A stretch of 63,541 nucleotides of DNA, filler included, from Octopus bimaculoides (lineage: Eukaryota): the NCBI RefSeq assembly GCF_001194135.2. It is 7 parts of 6 records of this genome, joined end to end, with 100 filler letters (N's around TTAATTAATTAA, not from the genome) between each part and the next. Parts side by side here need not be neighbours in the genome. Positions count along the whole stretch, not along the records: positions 39,433 to 48,839 come from NC_069006.1; positions 48,940 to 58,954 come from NC_068989.1; 5 more parts are not named here. One strand, written 5' to 3'. A program made the position numbers and the translations under genes. The notes under the pieces are model-generated. The model did not search any database and had not been told where the DNA came from. It saw nothing but the letters and a program-made list of their open reading frames with translations. Of this stretch, positions 40,904 through 52,848 are shown piece by piece (the first letter of the stretch is position 1; every line of letters starts with the position of its first letter).

Positions 40904-41549
40904 CTGTTGGCCATAAAACATAAATGCATTAATGGTACTGAATGTGCTGCAAGCATCATGTCATAGAGCCTTCTTCAATAAAGTTTATCACACAGACATT
41001 ACTAAGTACATCTGTCTTCAGATAGTGCATTACTCAGTCTCCACTGTCACACAATAGAGGCTTTTTCTAGGTTATTCAATCTATTCAAAATAGCAGCCAA
41101 ATCTCCCTCAAATCTCACCATACCATATTAAAAAAAAAAGAGAAACACATTGAATATTGTAGCCTTGGATACACCATTATCTGAATAAAATGGTGAGGGT
41201 CATGGTTAGAATGTCTTTGATCATAGGTCTTCTTCATCAGAATTGACATTTTATCATATTTTTGTAATTTGTTAATTCACGATTATCCCAATCACACACA
41301 CACACACACACACACACACATAACAAACAAGCTTTTGCACAGTTTTTGTCTGCTATATTTTACTCACACAGTATTGGTCAATTTGAGGCTATGGTAGAAT
41401 TTACTTATTGTCCAATGTTCCATGCAATAGAATACATCTGATGACATGTGGTTGTAATTAGTAGCTCCTAAACCACCCAGCTCCATGGCTATACTCATGT
41501 CTTCATTAGAACAACAAAAACAATTACTAAAACAACTATTATTAATCAC

Positions 41550-41692
41550 CTTTCTTGTCTTTCTGCCATTTCTTTTTTCCCCCTTATCATATCCGTAATC
41601 TTTGAACAAATTCTTTCTGAAGCAGTCTCTCTTTCTTCATAGGTGTCCCTCTCTGAAACTGCTTGCTGCTTCTTGGTGTGTCGAAGTGTTTT
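41550..41692 (-). CDS. CFAP74: CFAP74-like exon 5 (phase 0 to 2): KTLRHTKKQQAVSERDTYEERE...EMAERQE
   Basis: ttgttttttag acceptor and gtgatt donor; 143 nt; only the phase-compatible frame is open. Confidence 0.78.
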
Positions 41693-41920
41693 CTAAAAAA
41701 CAATTAAAACCAGGAGATGGAAATAAATATGTTCATAGAATAACAGTTTCTTACATTTGGACAAGAACATGGTCACCAGTCAGTAAAGGTAGGTAGTTAC
41801 ATACCCAACTGGAATGTTCCTGACCTTTCCTCAATATTTAACTGTCAATGTTATTGAACCCTGGGGTCAGAGGAGTCAAGTCATGTGGGATTTAAACTCA
41901 GAACAGTGAGGTATACTTAC

Positions 41921-42020
41921 ACTAGCATCAATAGATTCTTTTAACTTCAGGACAGTCTCCATTCTTTGCTTCATATAAGCTTTATATTCTTCATTGTTTT
42001 TCTCATCACTTTCTTGAATC
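41921..42020 (-). CDS. CFAP74: CFAP74-like exon 4 (phase 2 to 0): IQESDEKNNEEYKAYMKQRMETVLKLKESIDAS
   Basis: tttttag acceptor and gtaagt donor; 100 nt; resembles the recalled CFAP74 segment IREQEKKEEMECHEYMRRRMDAVVALKGSISAN. Confidence 0.85.
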
Positions 42021-42474
42021 CTAAAAATTTAATTTCTTCTTCATTATCATTCATTTAATCCTTAAATTCCTACAATAAACACATACATATTCTCAAAGCA
42101 GTAGGGAGTCTCTGAATGGTTGGTAGAAATAAAGGGGATGTCTCCTCATACTACAGAATGCTATCATAAGAAAGGACACATTGGACAATGTAGTTCAGTG
42201 TATACTATTCTAGGGAAAAAAAGGGTGGATGACTATAGCCCGAATGTCTTTGTTTATAGGTTTACCTGATCAGGACTGACCTGGGGCTAATTAACAACAA
42301 TAGTACATACTTATATTTAATTGTTAAGCATATTTCTTATTGATATTGTTATTGTGGAAGTGGTGTTTAAGAAACCTTAAACAAAATAGCTCAGGTCATT
42401 TAGTTGTACCCTTGAATGTCAGCTGGGACTGATTTTGTCTTTTATGTATTTGGTCAAACCAATACAGAAAATAC

Positions 42475-42514
<40 letters not shown>

Positions 42515-42677
42515 TTGAACAAGAAAAAGAGAATATGGCAGAGGGATGGGATATATTTGATTACTGAAATTGTATAATTAATCTTTATTATAAGAAAGCT
42601 AATACTTTTGATGAGAAATAAAATTATCAATATAAAGATTACAGGAGATTTACATTTAGAACATTGCAATAACTTAC

Positions 42678-42788
42678 TTTGATAAAGTTTCCTTCAAAAA
42701 TTTGTTTGCCTTTTTGTATGCCTCCTTTGAATGTTCTATAGTTTCTTTGATTTTCATTTGTTCTTGCTTCACTTCTTCGATATCATCA
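42678..42788 (-). CDS. CFAP74: CFAP74-like exon 3 (phase 2 to 2): DDIEEVKQEQMKIKETIEHSKEAYKKANKFLKETLS
   Basis: ttccttcctctcgttctcag acceptor and gtaagt donor; 111 nt; resembles ...NHKVAVRFLKASLGR. Confidence 0.85.
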
Positions 42789-43869
42789 CTGAGAACGAGA
42801 GGAAGGAAGGCATAAAAGATGTCGTGTATCAACAGCATAAAACAAAACTGTATAAAATCAAAATTTATTTTTCTTAAATTATATATATCTTCATTTTGTG
42901 GTATAAATGGGAGAAATAGAAAACAATGCAGAAGTAGAGGACATGCATCTTGTTTTTTTATAGAAAGTGAAAAGTACATAAATGAATTAAAGGGCTGACA
43001 GTTTATACAAACATATCAGACTAGAATTAAAANNNNNNNNNNNNNNNNNNNNNNNNNNNNNNNNNNNNNNNNNNNNNNNNNNNNNNNNNNNNNNNNNNNN
43101 NNNNNNNNNNNNNNNNNNNNNNNNNNNNNNNNNNNNNNNNNNNNNNNNNNNNNNNNNNNNNNNNNNNNNNNNNNNNNNNNNNNNNNNNNNNNNNNNNNNN
43201 NNNNNNNNNNNNNNNNNNNNNNNNNNNNNNNNNNNNNNNNNNNNNNNNNNNNNNNNNNNNNNNNNNNNNNNNNNNNNNNNNNNNNNNNNNNNNNNNNNNN
43301 NNNNNNNNNNNNNNNNNNNNNNNNNNNNNNNNNNNNNNNNNNNNNNNNNNNNNNNNNNNNNNNNNNNNNNNNNNNNNNNNNNNNNNNNNNNNNNNNNNNN
43401 NNNNNNNTATATATATATATATATTGCGCATGTACACTGTTTGTTTTTGATTTTGTCGACTACACAGTATAGTAGGGACATTGGGCACTGTCTGTGAGAA
43501 AAAACAGAACCATAAGACAATTCCCTCTGCCAGAAATTGGAAACGAGATGCTGTACTGCTTGACATTCATGCTGGAAGCTCCAATATGAACATTTCAGAG
43601 TCTTTGGGTGTCAATCTGAGGATGTGTATTGAGAGTGATAAAAATCAAACATCCAATCAACATCATGGTATTTGGAGTCAGCATGTAGTATTTTTATGTC
43701 TAGCATATATCTTCACTAATAGGGTGGATAATACTTAGACTTAACACATGCTTGTTGCTCCAAAGTTGCTCTCTCAATTTTCTGAATGCTGAGGAGGCTC
43801 GCCTATCCTGCAGTGTAGTTCATCACTGCAACTACCATGATTACACACACACACACACATGATGAAGAA

Positions 43870-44100
43870 GGATCAAGTTTCTTGGAATGCTGCTATGCAA
43901 ATAAACATTTGCAGTGCTAACTTCAGAAAACCTGGCATCCACTACATGACCTACCAATCAGATGAACATGCAAATCAGGCAGCCTTCACACTCATTAAGA
44001 ATCATGATAGACAGACAGCTAGTTGTGAATACTAAATCTCTCCCAGGTGAAGAATATGTCACTTGCTAGACTTGTAATTAGTAACATCAGAGTAAGAGGT
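43870..44100 (+). mobile_element. Degenerate RTE endonuclease remnant in an intron
   Basis: ANFRKPGIHYMTYQSDEHANQ and VVNTKSLPGEEYVT...RLVISN, across frameshifts. Confidence 0.6.
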
Positions 44101-45144
44101 ATAAGGACTTAGTTACCATACAATCTGGAGAACAGTGTGGGGTATGACAGATCTCTTAGATATACATTCAAAGGAAAACTAGTTGACACCTATGAGAAGG
44201 AAGAGGAGAAAAAAAAAACAACTGGGAGCTTCTATGAGATAACCTGCTGCATGACAGAGACCTGGTGTTCAGATGGAATAATGTTCCAGCCAGATGGAAG
44301 ATGATACGTTGGTGGAATGGTACAGTAGATACAGCCATGATGATACTATGTATGCAAGGTCAATACATCTCTGCACACTATGGATCTTCACACTAAAGGC
44401 TCACTGCATCATATTAAAACTCAGACATGATACCAATGAGTCTAAGTGAACATTTTCCCTTCTGTTTCTTCACCCACTCTTCTTAATTCCTCCTTTAGCA
44501 CTCTAATTTTTCCTTCATTTCAAGGCTGTCTGGCTTGTTTTTCACATTTTCTTTCCTTTTCTTTTTCCTCTCTCACCAAGTTTTTCTCTCCAACATCTTC
44601 TGTCTGTATACATACATCCACAAACACACACACACATACATGCATTGAAGAACTTTATTTCATTTAATTACAAGAATTAAAACTTGATCTCATCTGTTAT
44701 AAATTGTTTGGTCTTAGGAGTATCACATTAACAACACGAGTAGTTGCACAAGATATACTTATATTTCTCTAGAAACACTCATACATACAGGACATATTAG
44801 TTTGAGTCTAATCAAACGTTGGTTTCTTGACAAAGTTTAGAACTTCATATGCTTTCAATGTATGCAACAAAAATGAACAGCAACACATCTCTCAAAATCT
44901 TTAGAAACATACATACTCACTTGACATATTTCTATTTCCTTACACTTAAGAAATATGTCCAATTATAATTTCCAAAAATACCACACATTTATAAAAATGT
45001 GCAACTACACACTGTCAAATTGAAACACTTCTGAAAATGTTTTTTAACATTTTCAGTTAATCCTTGAAGGTGTTGCGCAAGAAAGGCTTCAATCTAACAA
45101 TTGAAATGAAAAAAAAAAACGTAAAGGAAAAAAAAATTACCCAC

Positions 45145-45315
45145 TGTAGTATTTTCTCTTTGGTTTTCTTTGCTCTTTGTGCCTTTTGCTCTTCAATGTA
45201 AAGATTAGTCTGTGTTTTCTCAGCCTGGTTTGGCAGTACATCTCTATCTTCAAGTAAAAACTGCTTGTCACGTACAAACTGGTTCCTTCTCAATTCTGCT
45301 GAAACCACAGACTTT
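45145..45315 (-). CDS. CFAP74: CFAP74-like exon 2 (phase 2 to 2): KSVVSAELRRNQFVRDKQFLLEDRD...KTKEKIL
   Basis: aaattttacag acceptor and gtgggt donor; 171 nt; links exons 1 and 3 in frame. Confidence 0.78.
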
Positions 45316-47128
45316 CTGTAAAATTTAAGTTACATTAAACCATTGTGATATACACTTTTGTCAACGGCAAATGAAATGAAATAATGTTGCAAATTTTCTT
45401 GATATTCTTTTGTTTCACACCAATTAACACATAATGCTGAAGTAGGAAACCTCAGCAGGCCAATACCATCAGAGAAATGTGCCTCACTACTATACAGCAC
45501 TGTAGTTCTAACACAAACATTAATATATACATCTACACTTCATTTTGTTTGATTAGTTTGACCACTGATCATCTTGAAGTGTCTTATTCTTGGATTTGTA
45601 CATGAGAACCAAACAAGACTATAACTCAGAGCTTTTATCCAACATGCCACTGACACATATGAATATCAGTGAGCATGTTGGATGAGAATGTTACTACTTT
45701 AGGTTTAGAAATAAAAGCTCTGAGTGAGAATAATGCTTGGTACTTGTGTGCAAGTCCAGGATTAATGCAGTTGAAGATCAGAGATCAAACCAGTTCAAGC
45801 ATAGCGTAGATGTAAACATTAAAACACTTTCCATGCTTAAATATGAGGTTAGTAATCTGGAAAATTATAATTGTATTAACAATAACTCAAATGATATATA
45901 TATAGACGTTTAATCAATATAGTTATCAATATAGTGAGGCCAGCTTCTACAGTTGTAGTACTACATTAAATTTACTTCACATTCAATATAGTTCTACATT
46001 AGTTCTGTCTTCAAACTTTAAAGTAGTCTATGAATTCTCGTGTGATTATACTTAAATTATCTGAATGCTTTCAAGTTTTGTGTATTTAGGAATCTAGTGT
46101 ACACACAATATTGTTTTGCTGAGGGAAAATGTGCACACTGAAGCATTTTTGTGCACACAGACCATGACAAATTACAGAGAACACTATTTATAACTTATTC
46201 GTGTAATACTAAACTGTGTGGATGTGTGACATCATATGTGCTTGACATATGTTGAAATACAACTGAAGCTTTGATACAGAGTTTGTTGACCACTGTGAAA
46301 CTGAAGAAAACGTACATAAAACAAATAACCAAAACATCTCAGTGGGTCCTCCCAATAAAGAAAAATTCACAAAATGACTAAAAAAACAATGCCCCCACCC
46401 TTAGAAATTGTTTGAAAACATTGTGAAACTACAACTTTGCTTATCTTATTGCTTGTACCATATCTTTTTTTAATATATATTGCAAACAGTCACACATGTT
46501 ATCATTATAATAAAAGGGTGGTAAAAATGATAAAGAAACAGGCTCCCAGTGAATCAAGCTAGTGATTAGATTTCAATCCCTGACTGAAATAAATTCACTT
46601 CATGCTGTTATAGGTGAAATGAGAAGAGTGGCATATGTCTGGAGCAAGAAATAAGGTTTCCAATAAATTAAGTTTATCGACTGTTTTCAGTTTCTTCTAC
46701 CTTTTTAAATATAATTTTATTGGTTTTAATAACAGCATCATTGATTACAAGTTTCCATGTGGGCCAACCATTGGTTTACAGTGCTACTGATGAAAACAAG
46801 GGAACATTTCAATGCAGAACAAATACTTCAAAGAACTTCTAAAGCACTGGCTGTTTTCAGTTTCTCAGCAGTTTTGCTTTTACATTTCACTGACATACAC
46901 AAACACACACTTTTTTATACATACCATAGGCTTCCACACAGTTTTCATCAACCAAATTCCACTCACAAGACATTAGTCAGTCTGAGTATGATAAAAGATG
47001 CTCAAGGTGCTGCATTGTGACATCAAACTTAGAACCATCTAACTGTGAAGCAAACTTGCTGACCACACAACCATGCCTGCACCTTACTGAAGTAAATCCA
47101 CTTAACTTAAATAAGTTAAATTACTTAC

Positions 47129-47233
47129 CTAGAATCATCAAGCATTTCTCTGATTTTGGTTTTGAGGTTATTCTCCAGATCTATTTCCTCACAGATACGC
47201 TTATACTTCTTCTGAAGTCTGTTTATCAATGGA
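47129..47233 (-). CDS. CFAP74: CFAP74-like exon 1 of those found (phase 2 to 2): PLINRLQKKYKRICEEIDLENNLKTKIREMLDDS
   Basis: ttttcttttcttgttag acceptor and gtaagt donor; 105 nt; resembles the recalled segment VGRLQAVSRRLFAELENERDLQSRTEAVLKES. Further upstream exons were not located. Confidence 0.8.
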
Positions 47234-47810
47234 CTAACAAGAAAAGAAAACAGGAAAGACCAGTGTTCAATCAATGGAAATGTTTCAATCAATGGAAATG
47301 TTTATGTCTCATCCAGATAATACTACAGAAATCAGTGATAAACATCAGTCCTATGGCTTCTTGAGGTGAAGCTAAAGAGAAATAGACAGGTGACCTGTCC
47401 ATCAGTATTACTGGCTAATGGTAGTCTCAATACTCCTCAAATTGAGACATCACACTAACATTTATCTTGTCTTTTATCATAATTCCATTTTGAATCTTAA
47501 ATGTATTATAGGAATATAAATTGACCACAATATATAACTGGCATTTTATTTTACTGACCCTGGAAGTTGGAAACACAATGTTGACGTCAAGAGGATTTGA
47601 ATTGAGAATGTAAAGGACTATAACTAAAAACTGAGAAGCATTTTGACTGCTGCTCTAATGATTCTGTAGCATAGACTCGGGTGAAATTCCTCTCTCCCAT
47701 TTATTATATATACGTGCATTCGAACATAGCAAGGAACAGCTAGCCTTTGGCCGCTGTTTGAATCCCATTGTGTTCACTACTCTGATTGGTTGGTATTGGC
47801 GCAATTTGTC

Positions 47811-47945
47811 TCTTACTCTGTCATGCCAACTTGCCATATATAACCAGTTGCAGGCCCTAAATAAATCACGTGGGACAACCTGTCCACTACTCTATTTTGA
47901 GCCTCTGACTGGTTATACATGGCAAGTTGGCATGACAGAGTAAGA
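47811..47945. repeat. Hairpin: 38-bp inverted arms (1 mismatch) around a 59-nt loop
   Basis: tcttactctgtcatgccaacttgccatatataaccagt versus actggttatacatggcaagttggcatgacagagtaaga. Confidence 0.95.
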
Positions 47946-48805
47946 CGACTTGATGAGTTGGTATCAGGAGTAGAAGCAAATGAAGTAGTTGTATTGACAC
48001 TGTTTACAACAAAGTTGATCTCAAACTGGACAATTCAAGAGTTAAATAGTTTTGTGTATATACATGGCCACAAAATATTGCTGTCAGAAACTCATTGTTA
48101 GTTGTCCATTAATATTCAGTTTCCTATTGAATCATTCATCCATGCTCTTAATGGTAAAGGTATCTGACTATAAAGCAGTTAAACAAAATATCACACTTCT
48201 CATGAATGACTAAATACTACCAAATTCTTAATTAAAAATTAATTGGAACTCACAAATATACAACATATTTCAATAGAAATACAATCATAAAATGGTTCAA
48301 CAAACACCTTATTGACTAAACAAGCCGAGTTTTTATAGGATGGGAATAGGAATATTAGAATGAGTGTAAATGCAAGTTACTATTTCCCATAATTTGGGGC
48401 ATCTGATTGTATTCTGTGTCCTACTTCTTCCTTTCAAGGTTCAGTTGACCTTTTATTTTCTGTTGTCCAGACTGTGGTTAGCTTCTGGTTATTGTCTTCT
48501 ACAGTGTTTATCACTTGAGATCTCTTTCCTACCTATATGGCTCATTAACTCAAAAGGATTCTGTCTCTATAAATATTAGTTCGAGTATAACTAATGTTCA
48601 TTCTGATGCAGACATACAATATTAAAGCTTGGTGAATATTTCTAACTTAAATTCGTTCTGTGGGTGGTAGACATTGAAAGAACTCTTTCCTTCCAGTTGA
48701 CATTTTAATCCTCAAATATAGGAGTGGGAGAATCACTTGCCTGCAGACAAGATTTTATTTACAGTCAAATTTTAAACTGTCTGCAGAAACATATATATAT
48801 ACATG

Positions 48806-48839
<34 letters not shown>

Positions 48840-48997
48840 NNNNNNNNNNNNNNNNNNNNNNNNNNNNNNNNNNNNNNNNNNNNTTAATTAATTAANNNNN
48901 NNNNNNNNNNNNNNNNNNNNNNNNNNNNNNNNNNNNNNNATATATATATATATATATATATACATATATGGATATATGTGTTTATATATATCTGTGC

Positions 48998-49028
<31 letters not shown>

Positions 49029-49239
49029 TGTATGTATGTATGTATGTATGTATGTATGTATGCATGCATGTATGTACAGGTATTATATGTCGGATGTACT
49101 TGAGGACATGTTTGATCATTTATAAACCAACACTAATCTAACAAAAACCAAATGTATTTTAATAAAAAAACAAAAGTAGCGTACATATTCTCAAGAAGCA
49201 TTTTTGTAAGATTATTCTATGAATCCGCCTTTATTTCCG

Positions 49240-50100
49240 ATGACTGCTTCAATGATGGACCGACTCTAAATGGTCCTTATTCATTTCGCACATCACCTGG
49301 ACATTAGGGGTCTTCAGTGAAGTTTCAAACGTTGTAGTCTATGGGATTTATATCTGTCGAATTTGGGAAACACAAATTTCATGTTACATGATCGTAATAA
49401 TCGTGAAGGTTGTGACATCCATTCTTGGGTTACTGGGTTTTGTGAGGAGGTGATTAGGGTTAGGGTTAGTCCTGTTGAAACACGTACGGCATAAGTCTTT
49501 CATCCAGAGCTTAAAGAACTGTCTTCAGCATCTCCACCAACAGCATTAATTCCAAGACCCTGTGAAGAAAAGTGAGATGACATGTCATGACCTTCTTTAC
49601 TCGCCTCTCCTAAACCCATCACAGTTACTGGAATTTTGATGTGAAACAATCTGTAGGCTTCAGAACAATCTTCCTCATAACCATCACTCATTATTTCACT
49701 TGTTAGACTTATGCTAGTCATTGAATTTTTTTCTCATCCCCAAAGAACTAGTATGTTACGTTTTTGAAGGATTGTACACTTAAGTTACCATTTCGCACAG
49801 ATCAAACGATTTTTCTGTGTCTTTGCAAACACGAATAAGGCTTCCCCTCGGTAAATCTGATTTTAATGTCTTCTCGCACCAAAGTTCTAATAGTCCACTC
49901 CGACGCCTGAAGTTATCGATTCTTGATATTATTGACTCTTCCTGGATCATCATCGATGATATTGTGAATCTGTTGGATGAACTGCGGTATCCTTATACTG
50001 CCCGAAATATGTTCCCCACTTCGAAACACTTAAAACATTTCCTCCAAATGTTTCTAGTTCCATCCGTACTTTGTGTACAAAAGATGTAACATTTAAAAAA
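49240..50100 (-). mobile_element. Degenerate maT/DD37D-like Tc1-mariner transposase
   Basis: IIDDDPGR...SEWTIRTLVREDI, DEKKFN, HIKIPVTVMGLGEASKEGHDMSSHF and PNSTDINPIDYNV remnants. The DD37D spacing itself cannot be measured. Confidence 0.7.
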
Positions 50101-50233
50101 ATACTAATTCCCAAATTACTATGTTCTGCACATATGGCAACAATGACTGCATATCTTCTCATCTCTTATGTTAACTATTTACCTGCCATGAGGGATTTGA
50201 AAGAAATAAAAACCTTTTGTTTAGGAGAGAGTA

Positions 50234-50270
<37 letters not shown>

Positions 50271-50608
50271 CGTGCGCGCGCGTGTGTGCGTGTGTGTGTG
50301 TGTGTGTTACAGTATGGACGAATAGTTAAGAAGGTCGCTTCACCACAACGAGGTCCTAGATTTGATCCCCCTGCGTGGTACGTTGGCCAAATGTAATTTT
50401 CTCCGGCGCGCCTCAGTCGAGAGAAATTTGTTTGTCGGAAACTTTACAGGAGATTGTTGAATGGGATTGTACTTGGAATTCGAAAAATACAGCCTCATCA
50501 CACTTCTTCCACATAGATTTTCCCAGAGATTTTCATTATTGTCACATGTATCTGTGGAATACTCGGCGAGTTACATATTCAAGAACAGGTAATTCAATTG
50601 ATTGAACA

Positions 50609-51270
50609 AGTGAAATCTCGTCGTCTAACAACCGATATTCACCATTAAAATTTACCCTCGTCGTCGGCAGCGATCGTTTATCGTGATCAAGAATTTCAAT
50701 TTTTTTCTCATTAAGTGGTTTCTCCCTGTTGATGGCATCCATGACTAGGAAACTTCATCATCACGTGATGTGTGCAGCAACAAATATGGAGATGAAAAAG
50801 TGTTGGAGAGTGAGGTTGTTGCTGTTGCTCTTTGGTTACAACAGTTCAAGTGGTAAAAGATGGATGCTAGTTGGAACGGTTCTGAGCTTCAGTTTTTATT
50901 TTGGAGATAGATTTTCACCTGGTGTTTGTTATAGCGAAAGACACCCTTCTTGGTCTTTTCTCGATAGTTAATTCACTGAAGAGTATTTCCTCTTCCATTC
51001 TAACCACTTGTTCTAAATCTCATAGCTGGTATTCCATGGTATACATCGACTTTTTCTTCTTTATCTCTACTTCTTATCTGATGTTTGATGAAGGCGCAGA
51101 GCTTTGTTGCTAGAAATTCTCAAGTTTCTTGATGTCCCACGATAAAACATCCGGGTTTCGCAACCTTGTTATAATGCTGAGTTGACGATAGCTTTTGATA
51201 ATCCACCGGTTTCGACGACGAGAGTAAATTTTAATGGTGAATATCGGTTGTTAGACGACGAGAATTCACT
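50609..51270. mobile_element. Putative non-autonomous TIR element with 58-bp inverted ends
   Basis: 50609-50666 is the reverse complement of 51213-51270 with 2 mismatches; no clear TSD. Confidence 0.6.
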
Positions 51271-52002
51271 AATAATAACAATAATAATTATAATTATAAT
51301 AATTATAATAATAATAATAATTATAATTATAATAATTATAATAATAATAATAATTATAATTATAATAATAATTTCTACTATAAGCACAAGGCATGAAATT
51401 TTAAAGGGAGGGGGCTTGTCGATTATATCTACCCAAGTGCTCCACTGGTGCTTATTTCATTGATCCCGAAAGGATGAAAGGAAAAGTCAACCTCGGTGGA
51501 ATTTGAACTCAGAACTTGAAGACGGACAAAATGCCGCTAGGAATATTGCCGGGTGTGCTAACAATTCTGCCAGCTCACCACCTTAGTAGTAGTAGTAATC
51601 GATCCTCGGGACACCTGTAGATTCTCATGGTGATCACACAGACAGCAAGCAAGGTGGATCGATCTGAGTAAGAGAGTAATTATATTCCGCTGTATTACAG
51701 GAAAGGTCCCTAGCCATGATTTCACAAACGTTACTCAAATACGTGACACACATAAAATCGATGAACGTCCTTTTTGTTTTTTTATCGTTGTCCTCCTGAA
51801 AAACGTGGAGCAAGGATGGATCCGGGTGTTGAGTCTGATTTCTTGCAATAACACAATGAGCATTTCAAAATTTCGGGACCAGGGCACAGGTGTTACTTGT
51901 GTGTGTGGATGTGTGTGTGTAAATATATGTACATATGCGTATACACGTGTGTGTGTGTGTGATTGTATGCATGTTGCATGTTTATATCAACCTATATGTA
52001 TG

Positions 52003-52035
<33 letters not shown>

Positions 52036-52807
52036 NNNNNNNNNNNNNNNNNNNNNNNNNNNNNNNNNNNNNNNNNNNNNNNNNNNNNNNNNNNNNNNNN
52101 NNNNNNNNNNNNNNNNNNNNNNNNNNNNNNNNNNNNNNNNNNNNNNNNNNNNNNNNNNNNNNNNNNNNNNNNNNNNNNNNNNNNNNNNNNNNNNNNNNNN
52201 NNNNNNNNNNNNNNNNNNNNNNNNNNNNNNNNNNNNNNNNNNNNNNNNNNNNNNNNNNNNNNNNNNNNNNNNNNNNNNNNNNNNNNNNNNNNNNNNNNNN
52301 NNNNNNNNNNNNNNNNNNNNNNNNNNNNNNNNNNNNNNNNNNNNNNNNNNNNNNNNNNNNNNNNNNNNNNNNNNNNNNNNNNNNNNNNNNNNNNNNNNNN
52401 NNNNNNNNNNNNNNNNNNNNNNNNNNNNNNNNNNNNNNNNNNNNNNNNNNNNNNNNNNNNNNNNNNNNNNNNNNNNNNNNNNNNNNNNNNNNNNNNNNNN
52501 NNNNNNNNNNNNNNNNNNNNNNNNNNNNNNNNNNNNNNNNNNNNNNNNNNNNNNNNNNNNNNNNNNNNNNNNNNNNNNNNNNNNNNNNNNNNNNNNNNNN
52601 NNNNNNNNNNNNNNNNNNNNNNNNNNNNNNNNNNNNNNNNNNNNNNNNNNNNNNNNNNNNNNNNNNNNNNNNNNNNNNNNNNNNNNNNNNNNNNNNNNNN
52701 NNNNNNNNNNNNNNNNNNNNNNNNNNNNNNNNNNNNNNNNNNNNNNNNNNNNNNNNNNNNNNNNNNNNNNNNNNNNNNNNNNNNNNNNNNNNNNNNNNNN
52801 NNNNACA

Positions 52808-52848
<41 letters not shown>

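Noticed and set aside
49455-49470. ttagggttagggttag as an interstitial telomere
   Set aside because: Only about 2.5 units inside a TE remnant; too short to be meaningful.
49500-49721. Acidic ORF (MTSISL...) as a possible first CFAP74 exon
   Set aside because: It is the middle of a decayed maT-like transposase.
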